A stretch of DNA of 24,000 bases from Chitinophagaceae bacterium (lineage in GTDB: Bacteria; Bacteroidota; Bacteroidia; UKL13-3): NCBI GenBank assembly GCA_043750035.1, contig JAYVCI010000116.1, forward strand, positions 1 to 24,000, in the 5' to 3' direction. The notes beneath the pieces are model-generated. The model worked only from the letters and a program-made list of their open reading frames with translations. It had not been told where the DNA came from and did no database searches. Numbering within the stretch: position 1 is the first letter of the stretch; each line of letters opens with the position of its first letter. Shown piece after piece: positions 1 through 8,087 of the stretch. The translations under genes were made by a program, and so were the position numbers.

Positions 1-180
1 TTTGTAAAACGAAAATCCGTAGTACACAAATCGGAACTCAAAAAAAGTAAAAGCTACTGTTTACAGGAAATTGACGATGGTTAGCTGCAAGTTGGGTTAT
101 GTATTAGAAAAACTGATGATGAAGTTGCTGCATTCCAATTAGATGATTCACGCAATATTAAATATTGTTTTAATCCTAAA

Positions 181-1338
181 ATGAATTTAAAGAATTATAA
201 AATTGAAGCGGCCTTAGTATTTACTTATCAATGCCAAGATTTGTCTGCATATTCAGGAAGCCAATGGATTATAGGTCGTGACAATAGTGGCAATCCTATT
301 TATGGCACTTTCCCTACTGTGGGTTCATGGGGAGGTATAGGTATTGGGAGGAATCAATTTTATGTGGATGATATTGTTAAACCTTCACCTTCAACTTTAA
401 AAAGAATTGAAACTATTACACCTTTTCTTCCTTTGGAATGTTTGCCCAAGTTAATTACTTCATATACACAAACAAATTTAGGAGAGAAATTTTGTTTTCC
501 ATTAGTACCGGGTGTTATTACTTTTGACCCTAACGACATTCCTACCCCTTATAATAATTACTTATTAGATGAAGTTAAAATAAGATTTAGTATTGTTATG
601 ATTTCAAATGATAAAGGAAGAGACGGTAATAATATTATATCTTCTCGCATTCTTACTTATCCCGTAACTGTAGAGGAGTCAACAACTGACTTAACACAAA
701 ATGTAGATTTGTATTTGCCACATATCCCTGAGTTTGTTAAATTGCATACTCAGGTTATAGATCCTGCTAATGGCCCAATTAAAGCATGGGATAGAATTAT
801 TATTGATGGAGATATTAGTACACTAAATGGAGCAACTGTTGATCTCATTGCTCGTAATGAAATAGATGTGATATCAGGAGGTAATGTTTCACCTGCCTTT
901 AACTTGTTGATAGGTTCTTCTTTTGTAAATTGTGCATCGCCATACGGGGAAGTTGATGTTAATGAAATAAGTTCATTTTGTCATAAAAGTCTGACTTATG
1001 ATAATAAATACTATTCTGCAAACATAACGAACAGCATGAGTTTTAGCAATACTTTTAATGATCCAAAGAGAGACATTGTGAATTTTATCATCGTCCCCAA
1101 TCCAGCAACAGAAACCATCAACCTAGTATTTAATACCCTAGATGAAACCCAGGGCAGTCTTTTTATATATGATATAACAGGCCACCTAATCAAAACCGTA
1201 TTCAACAACCGCCCACTTGTAAAGGGAGACCACAATATAGGAACCGATATAGCAGACCTTGCAGCGGGCGAGTATATAGTAAGGCTGATAACAACAGAAG
1301 GAGTGCAAACTGCGAAGCTGGTGAAGATAGGGCAATAA
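181..1338 (+). CDS. Secreted protein with a T9SS (Por) C-terminal sorting domain. The N-terminus is probably incomplete.
   Basis: The last ~85 aa (IVPNPATETINLVF...LFIYDITGHLIKTV...AGEYIVRLITTEGVQTAKLVK) match the type-A T9SS CTD pattern. No signal peptide follows the annotated Met. The same frame is open upstream except for one TAG at 82-84. Confidence 0.65.
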   Translation: MNLKNYKIEAALVFTYQCQDLSAYSGSQWIIGRDNSGNPIYGTFPTVGSWGGIGIGRNQFYVDDIVKPSPSTLKRIETITPFLPLECLPKLITSYTQTNLGEKFCFPLVPGVITFDPNDIPTPYNNYLLDEVKIRFSIVMISNDKGRDGNNIISSRILTYPVTVEESTTDLTQNVDLYLPHIPEFVKLHTQVIDPANGPIKAWDRIIIDGDISTLNGATVDLIARNEIDVISGGNVSPAFNLLIGSSFVNCASPYGEVDVNEISSFCHKSLTYDNKYYSANITNSMSFSNTFNDPKRDIVNFIIVPNPATETINLVFNTLDETQGSLFIYDITGHLIKTVFNNRPLVKGDHNIGTDIADLAAGEYIVRLITTEGVQTAKLVKIGQ

Positions 1339-1446
1339 TATATATAGTTTTTTAGTAAAATAATTTCGCAAGGAATATATACAATTAGGATAGTTGCTAA
1401 TAATAAATTGTATCAGAGGAAATTATTACTTATATTATCACCTCCA

Positions 1447-3624
1447 TCACTCCAATCCCACTTCAACCGACCCTTTCCTGCAATCTGTTAGGTTACTTTT
1501 ATATAACACGGCTTCTTTTTGCCACCTGTCAATATAATAGTTCGAATTGCTCAAATCAGCTATATAATGTCTGGCTTTTATTTTGTGGGCCAAGTCTTGC
1601 CAATGCTTTATTGGTCTGTGGCTAATGATGGCAATATCCACCGAATCCTTTAATTCGGCAGTAGGAGTTTGGTCCACAATCAAAATTTTTTTGCCATTGA
1701 AAATATATAGATTTTTATAGTTTTGTAATTGCTTTGTTGTTTGTATAGCGGTATCATGTAAAGAATATAATTTCTTCTCATTTGCCCCCATATCAATCCA
1801 GTGTTTTTGAAATTTGAATTTGAGTGTAGCGGTATTATATAATATATGGGTATCGCCCACCGCGGTTAATTTATCTGAATCGAAGAAACCCACTACTGTC
1901 TTGCCCTGTATGGCATATACAAATACCTTTTTTTGCCTAGCCCAACCATAACTTTCTACCATTTTTGAGCTCAGAAAAATAAAAATACCTATAGCAGCAG
2001 CATAGAAATTGTAGTTGTTTTTATGTGTGAGAAATTGGGTAACAAAAAAGAATATCACCAATAATAAAATCGTTTGCCAAAATCCCACACTCACACCCTC
2101 AAATGTAGCATACGGTATTTGGCCGATAAATATAACAGTATCATCCGTCCATTTTATTAAATAGTCGAGGGCAATGCCCATACCCGATGCCATGGCAGGG
2201 ATAAAAGAAAAAGCCACCAACAATAGTCCTATATAAGTTATAATAGTGGAGAGTGGAATAATAAGTAAATTGCTTATGAGAAAGTAATTGGGAAACTGCC
2301 CAAAATAATAAAACCCCAACGGCGAAGTGGCCAATTGTGCAGCAATGGATACCGCTGTGATATTCCATACCTGATTCATGAACCATGTATTAAAAGTAAA
2401 CCAACTGTAGATGCGTGGATGCAAAAACACAATGCCCAATACTGCCAGATATGAAAGCTGAAAACCCACGTCGTACAGCGAATAAGGATTGATGAGCAAC
2501 AGTATAAACGCTGATGCGGCAATGGAATTATATATATTGGTATTGCGGTGAAAGGTCTCGGCTATAATAATGATGGTAAACATTAATGCTGCCCTATTTA
2601 CGGAAGGCGACAAACCCGTAATTAAAGCATAAAACCAAAGCATAACTATTATAATACAGAAACGCAAAATCCGGAGTGATTTTTTGCGGGTTAAGAAACC
2701 CAACATCGCCTTGAGCACAAAGTATAATATACCCACGTGCAAGCCTGAAACTGCCAGTACATGCAGGGTTCCTGTATCTGCATACGCCTCTACCAAATCC
2801 TGCGATAAATCTTCCCGATAGCCAAAAATCAATGCAGCAGCAACTCCTTTTTGTTCATCACCGGGTATATATATTTTGTATATGCCTACTATATAACTTT
2901 TAATAGCATAAAATATATTATCCAATACATGCGATGAATCTTTTCCTACCTCAGTCCATTCCCCATTACGTGCAAAAACCTGGTAGCTATATCCATTAAT
3001 TTTCATATAGCGGTTATAGTCAAATTCGCCCGGGTTCAGTGGTTTGGGGATTTCAATCGGTTTGCTTTTAATAAGTAATATAGTTCCATGCTCAAGCTGC
3101 ACCGCATTGCTGTCTTTGGGCAAGTATAGTAATATATTGCCACTAGCGTTTATATAATTGCTGTCGTGAATTACTGCCAATACTTTTGCCCTTGCCCGTA
3201 CCGATTTATCACGAGGTATTGCATTTTCTGTCAGCTCAATTTTAATAAGCTGGTTGTCTTTTTGTAGTTTTACAAAATGATTGTTTTTATAATTATCAGC
3301 TTGGGTAACGGGCAATAACAATCCCAGTATAATAAAAGAAACATTTATACAAACAGTATATAATATTTTAAGTTTTCTGGTAAACTTATTTTGATAGAAA
3401 ACGAGAACAAATAATATACAAATCACTACAATAAAAGCCCACTGTATAACATTGAAAATGCCAGTGAAATAAGGCGAGCAAGCGATACCCAAAACCAATG
3501 GCAGCACCATCCGCACAAAAGGTACTTGGTGCCAGGGGTTCACATGCTGTGTTTGTATAATATGTTCTTTATTATACTGCCTTACCCTGAAAAATTGTTG
3601 TATAAAGTTGATGAGCCACTTCAT
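1447..3624 (-). CDS. comEC: ComEC/Rec2 family DNA internalization competence protein
   Basis: 725-aa polytopic membrane protein with the ComEC competence-domain signature DTGTLHVLAVSGLHVGILY and many TM helices. ATG start at 3624. Confidence 0.85.
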   Translation of the reverse strand: MKWLINFIQQFFRVRQYNKEHIIQTQHVNPWHQVPFVRMVLPLVLGIACSPYFTGIFNVIQWAFIVVICILFVLVFYQNKFTRKLKILYTVCINVSFIILGLLLPVTQADNYKNNHFVKLQKDNQLIKIELTENAIPRDKSVRARAKVLAVIHDSNYINASGNILLYLPKDSNAVQLEHGTILLIKSKPIEIPKPLNPGEFDYNRYMKINGYSYQVFARNGEWTEVGKDSSHVLDNIFYAIKSYIVGIYKIYIPGDEQKGVAAALIFGYREDLSQDLVEAYADTGTLHVLAVSGLHVGILYFVLKAMLGFLTRKKSLRILRFCIIIVMLWFYALITGLSPSVNRAALMFTIIIIAETFHRNTNIYNSIAASAFILLLINPYSLYDVGFQLSYLAVLGIVFLHPRIYSWFTFNTWFMNQVWNITAVSIAAQLATSPLGFYYFGQFPNYFLISNLLIIPLSTIITYIGLLLVAFSFIPAMASGMGIALDYLIKWTDDTVIFIGQIPYATFEGVSVGFWQTILLLVIFFFVTQFLTHKNNYNFYAAAIGIFIFLSSKMVESYGWARQKKVFVYAIQGKTVVGFFDSDKLTAVGDTHILYNTATLKFKFQKHWIDMGANEKKLYSLHDTAIQTTKQLQNYKNLYIFNGKKILIVDQTPTAELKDSVDIAIISHRPIKHWQDLAHKIKARHYIADLSNSNYYIDRWQKEAVLYKSNLTDCRKGSVEVGLE

Positions 3625-3739
3625 TCAGTGGCCAAAAGTAAATCAAAAAAGTGAGATTTGAAAAGCTTTGGATAGCGGCAGGTTAAAATAATAATTTATA
3701 TCTTTCATGCTTCACATTGCGAGTCACTATAGCTACGGC

Positions 3740-3793
3740 ACTTATAACCGCAAGTACATTGCCGAGGTGGTTTCCCTTCTTATGGGAGCCCAT
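3740..3793 (-). pseudogene. Degraded RHS-core fragment encoding ..NHLGNVLAVIS..
   Basis: The minus-strand translation MGSHKKGNHLGNVLAVISAV.. matches NHLGNVLAVISD of the rhs ORF. The DNA is about 80% identical over about 35 bp to 11205-11240. Stops lie on both sides. Confidence 0.5.
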
Positions 3794-3907
3794 CGGATTT
3801 TAAAAGGATTTTTGCTGTATGTATGGGTGCTGGGGTTCAAATATTTTCCTAGTTTTCGGGGTCAAATGTAAAACATATCTGTGAATTATTTATTGGGTCT
3901 GTTTTCG

Positions 3908-3915
3908 TATCTTTG
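3908..3915 (+). promoter_or_regulatory. Candidate Bacteroidota -7 promoter element (TAnnTTTG)
   Basis: TATCTTTG is an exact match to the TAnnTTTG consensus. It lies only 5 nt upstream of the GTG at 3920, which implies a near-leaderless transcript or a wrong start call. Confidence 0.25.
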
Positions 3916-3919
3916 AGAG

Positions 3920-4477
3920 GTGAAAAAGAACAAGGAGAAAGAACTGGATTTCGAGATCGACAAACTAACGAACTCTATTGAGAATTCGCTTACGGGAGAG
4001 ATTTTCGAGACCGAGATCACACAGCTCTGGCCCAGCGACAGCAAACAAATAAAGAAGCAGGACTGGGGCTTTGACTGGCACAAAGAATTAAAAAGTACAA
4101 CCAACGAAATATATAAACTCACAACCATGAACAACCCAATGGTTATCCCCGGGCTTATATGTTTCACAGACAAGCACGACCATGTTTTCATGCCCCTGAT
4201 CGAGAGTGCCAAGTTCAACAAAGGGAAGCATAAGCTGTACAGGGGCGTGGCTGGCAACCTGGTTGCTTTTGGCTGTAAAGTGTCTTTTGAAAAAGGCTAC
4301 GATGGTGTGGTTTCCTTCATCGCCAAATCGCAGCTTATAGAGCATTACCACAAAACCCTGGGTGCAAAACAATTTGGTGGCGGCAACCGGATGTTCATCG
4401 ACACCAAAGAAGCCCACACATTAGTAAAACAATATTTTAAAAATTTCAGTTATGATAAACCTAAAAAAAATGGATGA
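3920..4477 (+). CDS. Hypothetical protein, possibly with a GNAT-like acetyltransferase fold, of a family seen on Bacteroidota mobile elements
   Basis: 185-aa ORF with a GTG start. The segment YRGVAGNLVAFGCKVSFEKGYDGVVSFIAKSQLIEHYHKTLGA resembles a GNAT motif-A region. This was recognised from memory only, with no search run. Confidence 0.45.
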   Translation: MKKNKEKELDFEIDKLTNSIENSLTGEIFETEITQLWPSDSKQIKKQDWGFDWHKELKSTTNEIYKLTTMNNPMVIPGLICFTDKHDHVFMPLIESAKFNKGKHKLYRGVAGNLVAFGCKVSFEKGYDGVVSFIAKSQLIEHYHKTLGAKQFGGGNRMFIDTKEAHTLVKQYFKNFSYDKPKKNG

Positions 4478-4607
4478 CCATGATTTCGTGTTCGTGAACA
4501 AGCCATTGACAGAAAAAGAAGAAAAGGAATTTAGTGATTTTCTCAAGCAACGAAAAGCGAGGTTGAGATCTAAAAAAACTGCACAGACGAAAAAAGCATC
4601 GGCATAA
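4470..4607 (+). CDS. Small basic ORF (45 aa) overlapping the stop of the preceding gene
   Basis: The ATG at 4470 overlaps the TGA at 4475-4477 (ATGGATGA). It translates to MDDHDFVFVNKPLTEKEEKEFSDFLKQRKARLRSKKTAQTKKASA. It is not in the supplied track because it is under the length cutoff. Confidence 0.3.
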   Translation: MDDHDFVFVNKPLTEKEEKEFSDFLKQRKARLRSKKTAQTKKASA

Positions 4608-4633
4608 GATTTTCTCTATGCAAGTAAAACAAT

Positions 4634-4777
4634 TATACCCACGACGATTTATAATCATAGCTGTGAACAAGGTTTTGCGATTTGTGATCGCAGTGCACTC
4701 TTTAAAAAGTATTATATACAGTGATTACATTCCGATAGCTATCGGATCACGATTCCATTAGCACGCCGATTACAAAT
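4634..4777. repeat. Left copy (A) of the island-bracketing direct repeat
   Basis: It aligns with 12225-12353. The first 93 bp carry 3 substitutions. Then 19 bp here, part of the perfect 16-bp palindrome TCCGATAGCTATCGGA at 4731-4746, stand in place of 4 bp in copy B. The final 32 bp are identical. Confidence 0.9.
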
Positions 4778-4784
4778 CGGCGTG
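4762..4784. promoter_or_regulatory. Candidate tyrosine-recombinase core site (attP-like) with 8-bp inverted arms and a 7-bp spacer
   Basis: The sequence is CACGCCGA-TTACAAA-TCGGCGTG, with perfect inverted arms. The A/B repeat identity ends one base past the spacer. The site lies 3 nt upstream of the recombinase ORF. Confidence 0.5.
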
Positions 4785-4786
4785 GG

Positions 4787-5620
4787 TTGGTAAAAGAAAA
4801 AAACTATTGGAAAAAATTTAATATGAAATATACTGCCTTTTTATTAAAGAAGGGGTATACCGATAATTACATAGGTTTCCATTTCAAAAATATTAAAGTA
4901 TTTTTTGCTTATCTTGAGCAAGACGGGTTCCCTGGCATAAGCCAAGTGTCCAAATCGTTCTATATTCGAAAAGAAGAGATACCTGTTCTTGTGCTGCTGC
5001 CTGAGCAACTGAGTTTTTTAATCAACAACACTGAGTTTGAACAAACCCTCACGCCCAAACTTAAACGGACCAAAGATTTTTTTGTGTTTGGCTGCACTGT
5101 TGCACTTCGTTTTTCAGATTTGCTGAGGCTTAAGAAATCCAATTTGGTCAAAACAAATTCTAGTTGTTACCTAAGAGTAGTATCACAGAAAACAGAAACT
5201 GAAACACAAATAAAATTACCTGCTTACGCTCTTAAAATACTTGAACAAAACAAAAGCTCGAATAATTTCATATTGCCCAGAATATCAATGGTAAACCTTA
5301 ACAAAAGCATCAAGGAATTAATTGAGGCGGCTGGCTGGACGCATCAGTTGCCAAAAATCCGCAGCAAAAATGGCAAAAAGATTGAAATAAAATCGAAAAA
5401 CAACAAACCTTCGAGATTTTGTGACCAGATGTCGTCCCACGTAATGCGAAGAACAGCTATTACCACTATGCTTATTTTAGGAGTTCCGGAGCAAGTGGTG
5501 AGGAAAATATCTGGACATGCTGCTTCGAGCAAAGAATTTTACAGATACGTTAATTTTTCAAAGGCATTTCAGGACCAAGAAACTGATATGATGTTTGAAC
5601 GATTGATCAGAATAAAATAA
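4787..5620 (+). CDS. Tyrosine site-specific recombinase/integrase, short form (277 aa)
   Basis: Catalytic signature present: ALRFSDLLRL (Arg I), SSHVMRRTAIT (H-x-x-R) and GHAASSKEFYRYV (His plus the nucleophilic Tyr). The start is uncertain, either TTG 4787 or ATG 4823. Confidence 0.85.
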   Translation: MVKEKNYWKKFNMKYTAFLLKKGYTDNYIGFHFKNIKVFFAYLEQDGFPGISQVSKSFYIRKEEIPVLVLLPEQLSFLINNTEFEQTLTPKLKRTKDFFVFGCTVALRFSDLLRLKKSNLVKTNSSCYLRVVSQKTETETQIKLPAYALKILEQNKSSNNFILPRISMVNLNKSIKELIEAAGWTHQLPKIRSKNGKKIEIKSKNNKPSRFCDQMSSHVMRRTAITTMLILGVPEQVVRKISGHAASSKEFYRYVNFSKAFQDQETDMMFERLIRIK

Positions 5621-5674
5621 TCCTCAAAAAATGCACGTTTTTAATAAAAAACACCCATATTTGCATAAAACAAA

Positions 5675-6829
5675 ATGTCAAACTTAACCTACGATACCAA
5701 GCGAGAAGCCCAGATTCCGTATCATCCGTTCGGGAGTGTAATCCCAGGGCGTACTTGGAGCGAGCCGAGCCTTACGGGGGCGTACAGATTTTCATTTACA
5801 GGTCAAGAAGCTGACAACGAAATAGCAAACGATGGTGATTATTATTCTTTTAAATACCGTATCCACGACAGTAGATTGGGCAAATTTTTAAGTATGGACC
5901 CATTAATGAAAAAATATCCTTATCAAAGCCCCTATGTTTTTTGCGAAAACAGGGTCAACGATTGCAAAGAATTAGAGGGAGCTGAAGGACTTAATTCAAC
6001 TATATATGTAACTCCTGCTGTATATGGAATTACTACAGTTTTGACAATTACCAATCCTGCACCGATATCTTGGCAACTTAGTGAAACAAATATTACTGTT
6101 ATGGGAACAGCGACAACTAGAGCACAAATACCCGTAGACCAATTTAGTACAACAACCGGTGGCCGAATGTATCGCGATGGGAGAACTGCTTTTAACTCAG
6201 GTTGGAATGTAGACAGGGCTGGCCTTTTTGTATGGGGTACATCAACTAGTTCTATAGCACCGCAACCAATCCTTTATAGCAATACGAATGATGGAGTTAC
6301 AAGAATTAATACAAATGGAGTAAATCCTGTAAATACAGTACTTGGAACTGCAACATTTGGAACAGGTGCATTAGGCACGGTTCCTGCTTTTGTCGGAGCA
6401 GTTGCCCCTGCGGTAAATAATGCCATGGCTAATGCTAATGCAGCTATAGGTACTACTACTCCTAATGCCCCAACAAATAATAATATACCTATAGCTACAA
6501 ATGTGCCAACAGCGTTAGGCCCCGTCAATATTAACAGCAGTGTACAAACCATTGGACAAACAACTGTTACCGGTATTAATAATTTGACACTCACAATAAC
6601 TGGAAATCCAGCAAACACAGCTCAAATTAATACTCGTGCAGTTGCGTTGCAAACTGCATTCCCAGGTGTTACTGTAGTTTCAAACACTACTCCTGCTGCA
6701 GCAGCTGGACAAGTTTCAGTAAGCTTCTCACACACACAGCAAACTAACATACAAACAATAGCTACTCAACAAACTACAGCTACAACTTCCAATGGCAGCG
6801 TGATTCCTAAAACAATAATCAGTAGATGA
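5675..6829 (+). CDS. Orphan RHS repeat-associated core and C-terminal tip cassette on the opposite strand to the rest of the array
   Basis: The N-terminus YHPFGSVIPGRTWSEPSLTGAYRFSFTGQEADNE..YRIHDSRLGKFLSMDP..SPYVF is an RHS-associated core. It is followed by a T/N/A/G-rich low-complexity tail of about 280 aa. Confidence 0.75.
   Translation: MSNLTYDTKREAQIPYHPFGSVIPGRTWSEPSLTGAYRFSFTGQEADNEIANDGDYYSFKYRIHDSRLGKFLSMDPLMKKYPYQSPYVFCENRVNDCKELEGAEGLNSTIYVTPAVYGITTVLTITNPAPISWQLSETNITVMGTATTRAQIPVDQFSTTTGGRMYRDGRTAFNSGWNVDRAGLFVWGTSTSSIAPQPILYSNTNDGVTRINTNGVNPVNTVLGTATFGTGALGTVPAFVGAVAPAVNNAMANANAAIGTTTPNAPTNNNIPIATNVPTALGPVNINSSVQTIGQTTVTGINNLTLTITGNPANTAQINTRAVALQTAFPGVTVVSNTTPAAAAGQVSVSFSHTQQTNIQTIATQQTTATTSNGSVIPKTIISR
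5720..5775 (+). repeat. 56-bp in-frame RHS-core box, copy 1, inverted relative to copies 2 and 3
   Basis: TATCATCCGTTCGGGAGTGTA (21 nt) and TGGAGCGAGCCGAGCCTTAC (20 nt) are identical to the reverse complement of 11041-11096. The 15 nt between them have 6 mismatches. Confidence 0.85.
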
Positions 6830-7866
6830 CAATTATAATAAGAAATATCTTTTTTTTAGCCTTATTCATATTTTTTTTCTCATGTAAAAATGAATCTAGA
6901 AAAGCAAATTTAGAGGAATTTGAAAAAAAGATTATTGCAGACTCACTACTTGAAAAGTTTACTAACAAACCTGAAGAATTTGAATTCAATATGGATAAAG
7001 ATCAAACAATAAAAATTGCATCTGGTATAGAAATAAAGATATTTAATAAAAGTCTTATTAAGAATCCTGGGAAAATATACCAAGGTAAAGTTAAATTATC
7101 ACTTAAAATGATTAATAAAATCGATGAGTTTTTAAAAGAGTATATAGCTTCAGAAAGTGATAAAGGAGAGCTTATGAGAACGCAAGGTTATTTAAGGCTT
7201 GATTTAAGAGACAGTTTAGGAGAAAGTCTCTTTATAGATCAATTACATCCTCTTAGGCTAGTGATTGATAAAACACATGAGCTTTCTTCATATCATTGTT
7301 ATAGTTATGATACGGTACGCTATGGCTGGGGAATTCCGCAAGATTTTTCAAAAATAAACCTTAAAGATACAGGTTTACCTCCGTTTTTTTGGAGCAATTC
7401 ACTAGATGAAAAAACAGATACTGCAAAGAACTATAATCTATTAGGGCATAAAGTTACAGGAAGTGTTTTCCTGTCTTTCTATGTAACTTTAAGATATGCT
7501 GATACATGGAATGGGATAAATAGGCTTTGGGAAGAGCCTTATATACAACCAGCATATTTTCAATGTAAGTTATCCAATTCTCCTATGGAATTAAAGAATA
7601 TAAAAATGGCTCTAATACTTAAGGAAGACCATTGTTTTTTAACTGGTAAATCATCTAGAAAAAATATTTTTTATCTAGACAAATCAAGTGATGGCATAAA
7701 AAAACTTCCGATAGGGCACGAGGCCTACTTAATTTTGTACGGATTCGAGAACAATAAAGCATATTATTTTCAGAAAAAAATTACAATCTCAAAGCATAAT
7801 GTCGTTGAGGCTCAAATGGCACAAATTACTATAGATGAATTAGAACAGAAAATTAAGAATTTATAA
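6826..7866 (+). CDS. Predicted lipoprotein, candidate cognate immunity or partner of the 5675-6829 cassette
   Basis: Its ATG overlaps the upstream TGA (ATGA). The N-terminus MTIIIRNIFFLALFIFFFSCKNE is a signal peptide with a lipobox-like Cys. No family was recognised. Confidence 0.55.
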   Translation: MTIIIRNIFFLALFIFFFSCKNESRKANLEEFEKKIIADSLLEKFTNKPEEFEFNMDKDQTIKIASGIEIKIFNKSLIKNPGKIYQGKVKLSLKMINKIDEFLKEYIASESDKGELMRTQGYLRLDLRDSLGESLFIDQLHPLRLVIDKTHELSSYHCYSYDTVRYGWGIPQDFSKINLKDTGLPPFFWSNSLDEKTDTAKNYNLLGHKVTGSVFLSFYVTLRYADTWNGINRLWEEPYIQPAYFQCKLSNSPMELKNIKMALILKEDHCFLTGKSSRKNIFYLDKSSDGIKKLPIGHEAYLILYGFENNKAYYFQKKITISKHNVVEAQMAQITIDELEQKIKNL

Positions 7867-7966
7867 TAAGGTAATGTATATGATTATCTGTTTTGCAGCA
7901 CAGGAGTTGATTTGAAAAATATTGCCTTTACTAAACATAATTGTAAAGTATATGATAGTGCGTCAT

Positions 7967-8062
7967 TTACCTCACAAATCTACTATCATATATCCTTGCA
8001 CCTAAATTTATATCATTTCCCTCACCACTAATCTCGTCCACCTTCCCTTTCCAATGAACCCA
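7967..8062 (-). pseudogene. Degraded RHS-core fragment, truncated at both ends
   Basis: The minus-strand translation WKGKVDEISGEGNDINLGARIYDSRFVR* aligns with NGKEKVDEIEGDGNAYDFGARIYDNRLGR of the 8603-9577 cassette. It has no PFGSV box upstream and no tip downstream. Confidence 0.55.
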
Positions 8063-8087
8063 AAAAACTATTCTACAGTTATTGTTG

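Noticed and set aside
2141-2386. 81-aa minus-strand ORF nested in comEC, in another frame
   Set aside because: It lies within the ComEC CDS on the same strand in an alternative frame, and nothing supports it as an overlapping gene.
3826-3875. GGGGTTCAAAT and GGGGTCAAATG, which resemble a tRNA or tmRNA T-loop and so a possible integration target
   Set aside because: No complementary T-stem, acceptor stem or anticodon arm can be drawn around either copy, so this is not a tRNA or tmRNA end.
3886-4670. Minus-strand ORFs of 123, 109 and 69 aa overlapping the GNAT-like gene and the 45-aa ORF
   Set aside because: The plus-strand 185-aa ORF has a coherent globular-looking sequence. The minus-strand translations are hydrophobic, low-complexity shadows.
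4672-4784. Two hairpins with 7-nt loops (TGCGA-TTTGTGA-TCGCA and CACGCCGA-TTACAAA-TCGGCGTG) that resemble anticodon arms
   Set aside because: No D-arm, T-arm (GGTTCGAAT-like) or acceptor pairing exists at tRNA spacing. The second hairpin is better explained as a recombinase core site.
5656-5663. CATATTTG as a promoter -7 box for the plus-strand orphan cassette
   Set aside because: It matches only 7 of 8 consensus positions and has no clear -33 TTTG, so it is mentioned in a finding but not listed as a feature.
6274-6618. 114-aa minus-strand ORF inside the low-complexity tip of the 5675-6829 cassette
   Set aside because: It is an artefact of low-complexity Thr/Ala/Asn codons, which are also open on the complement.
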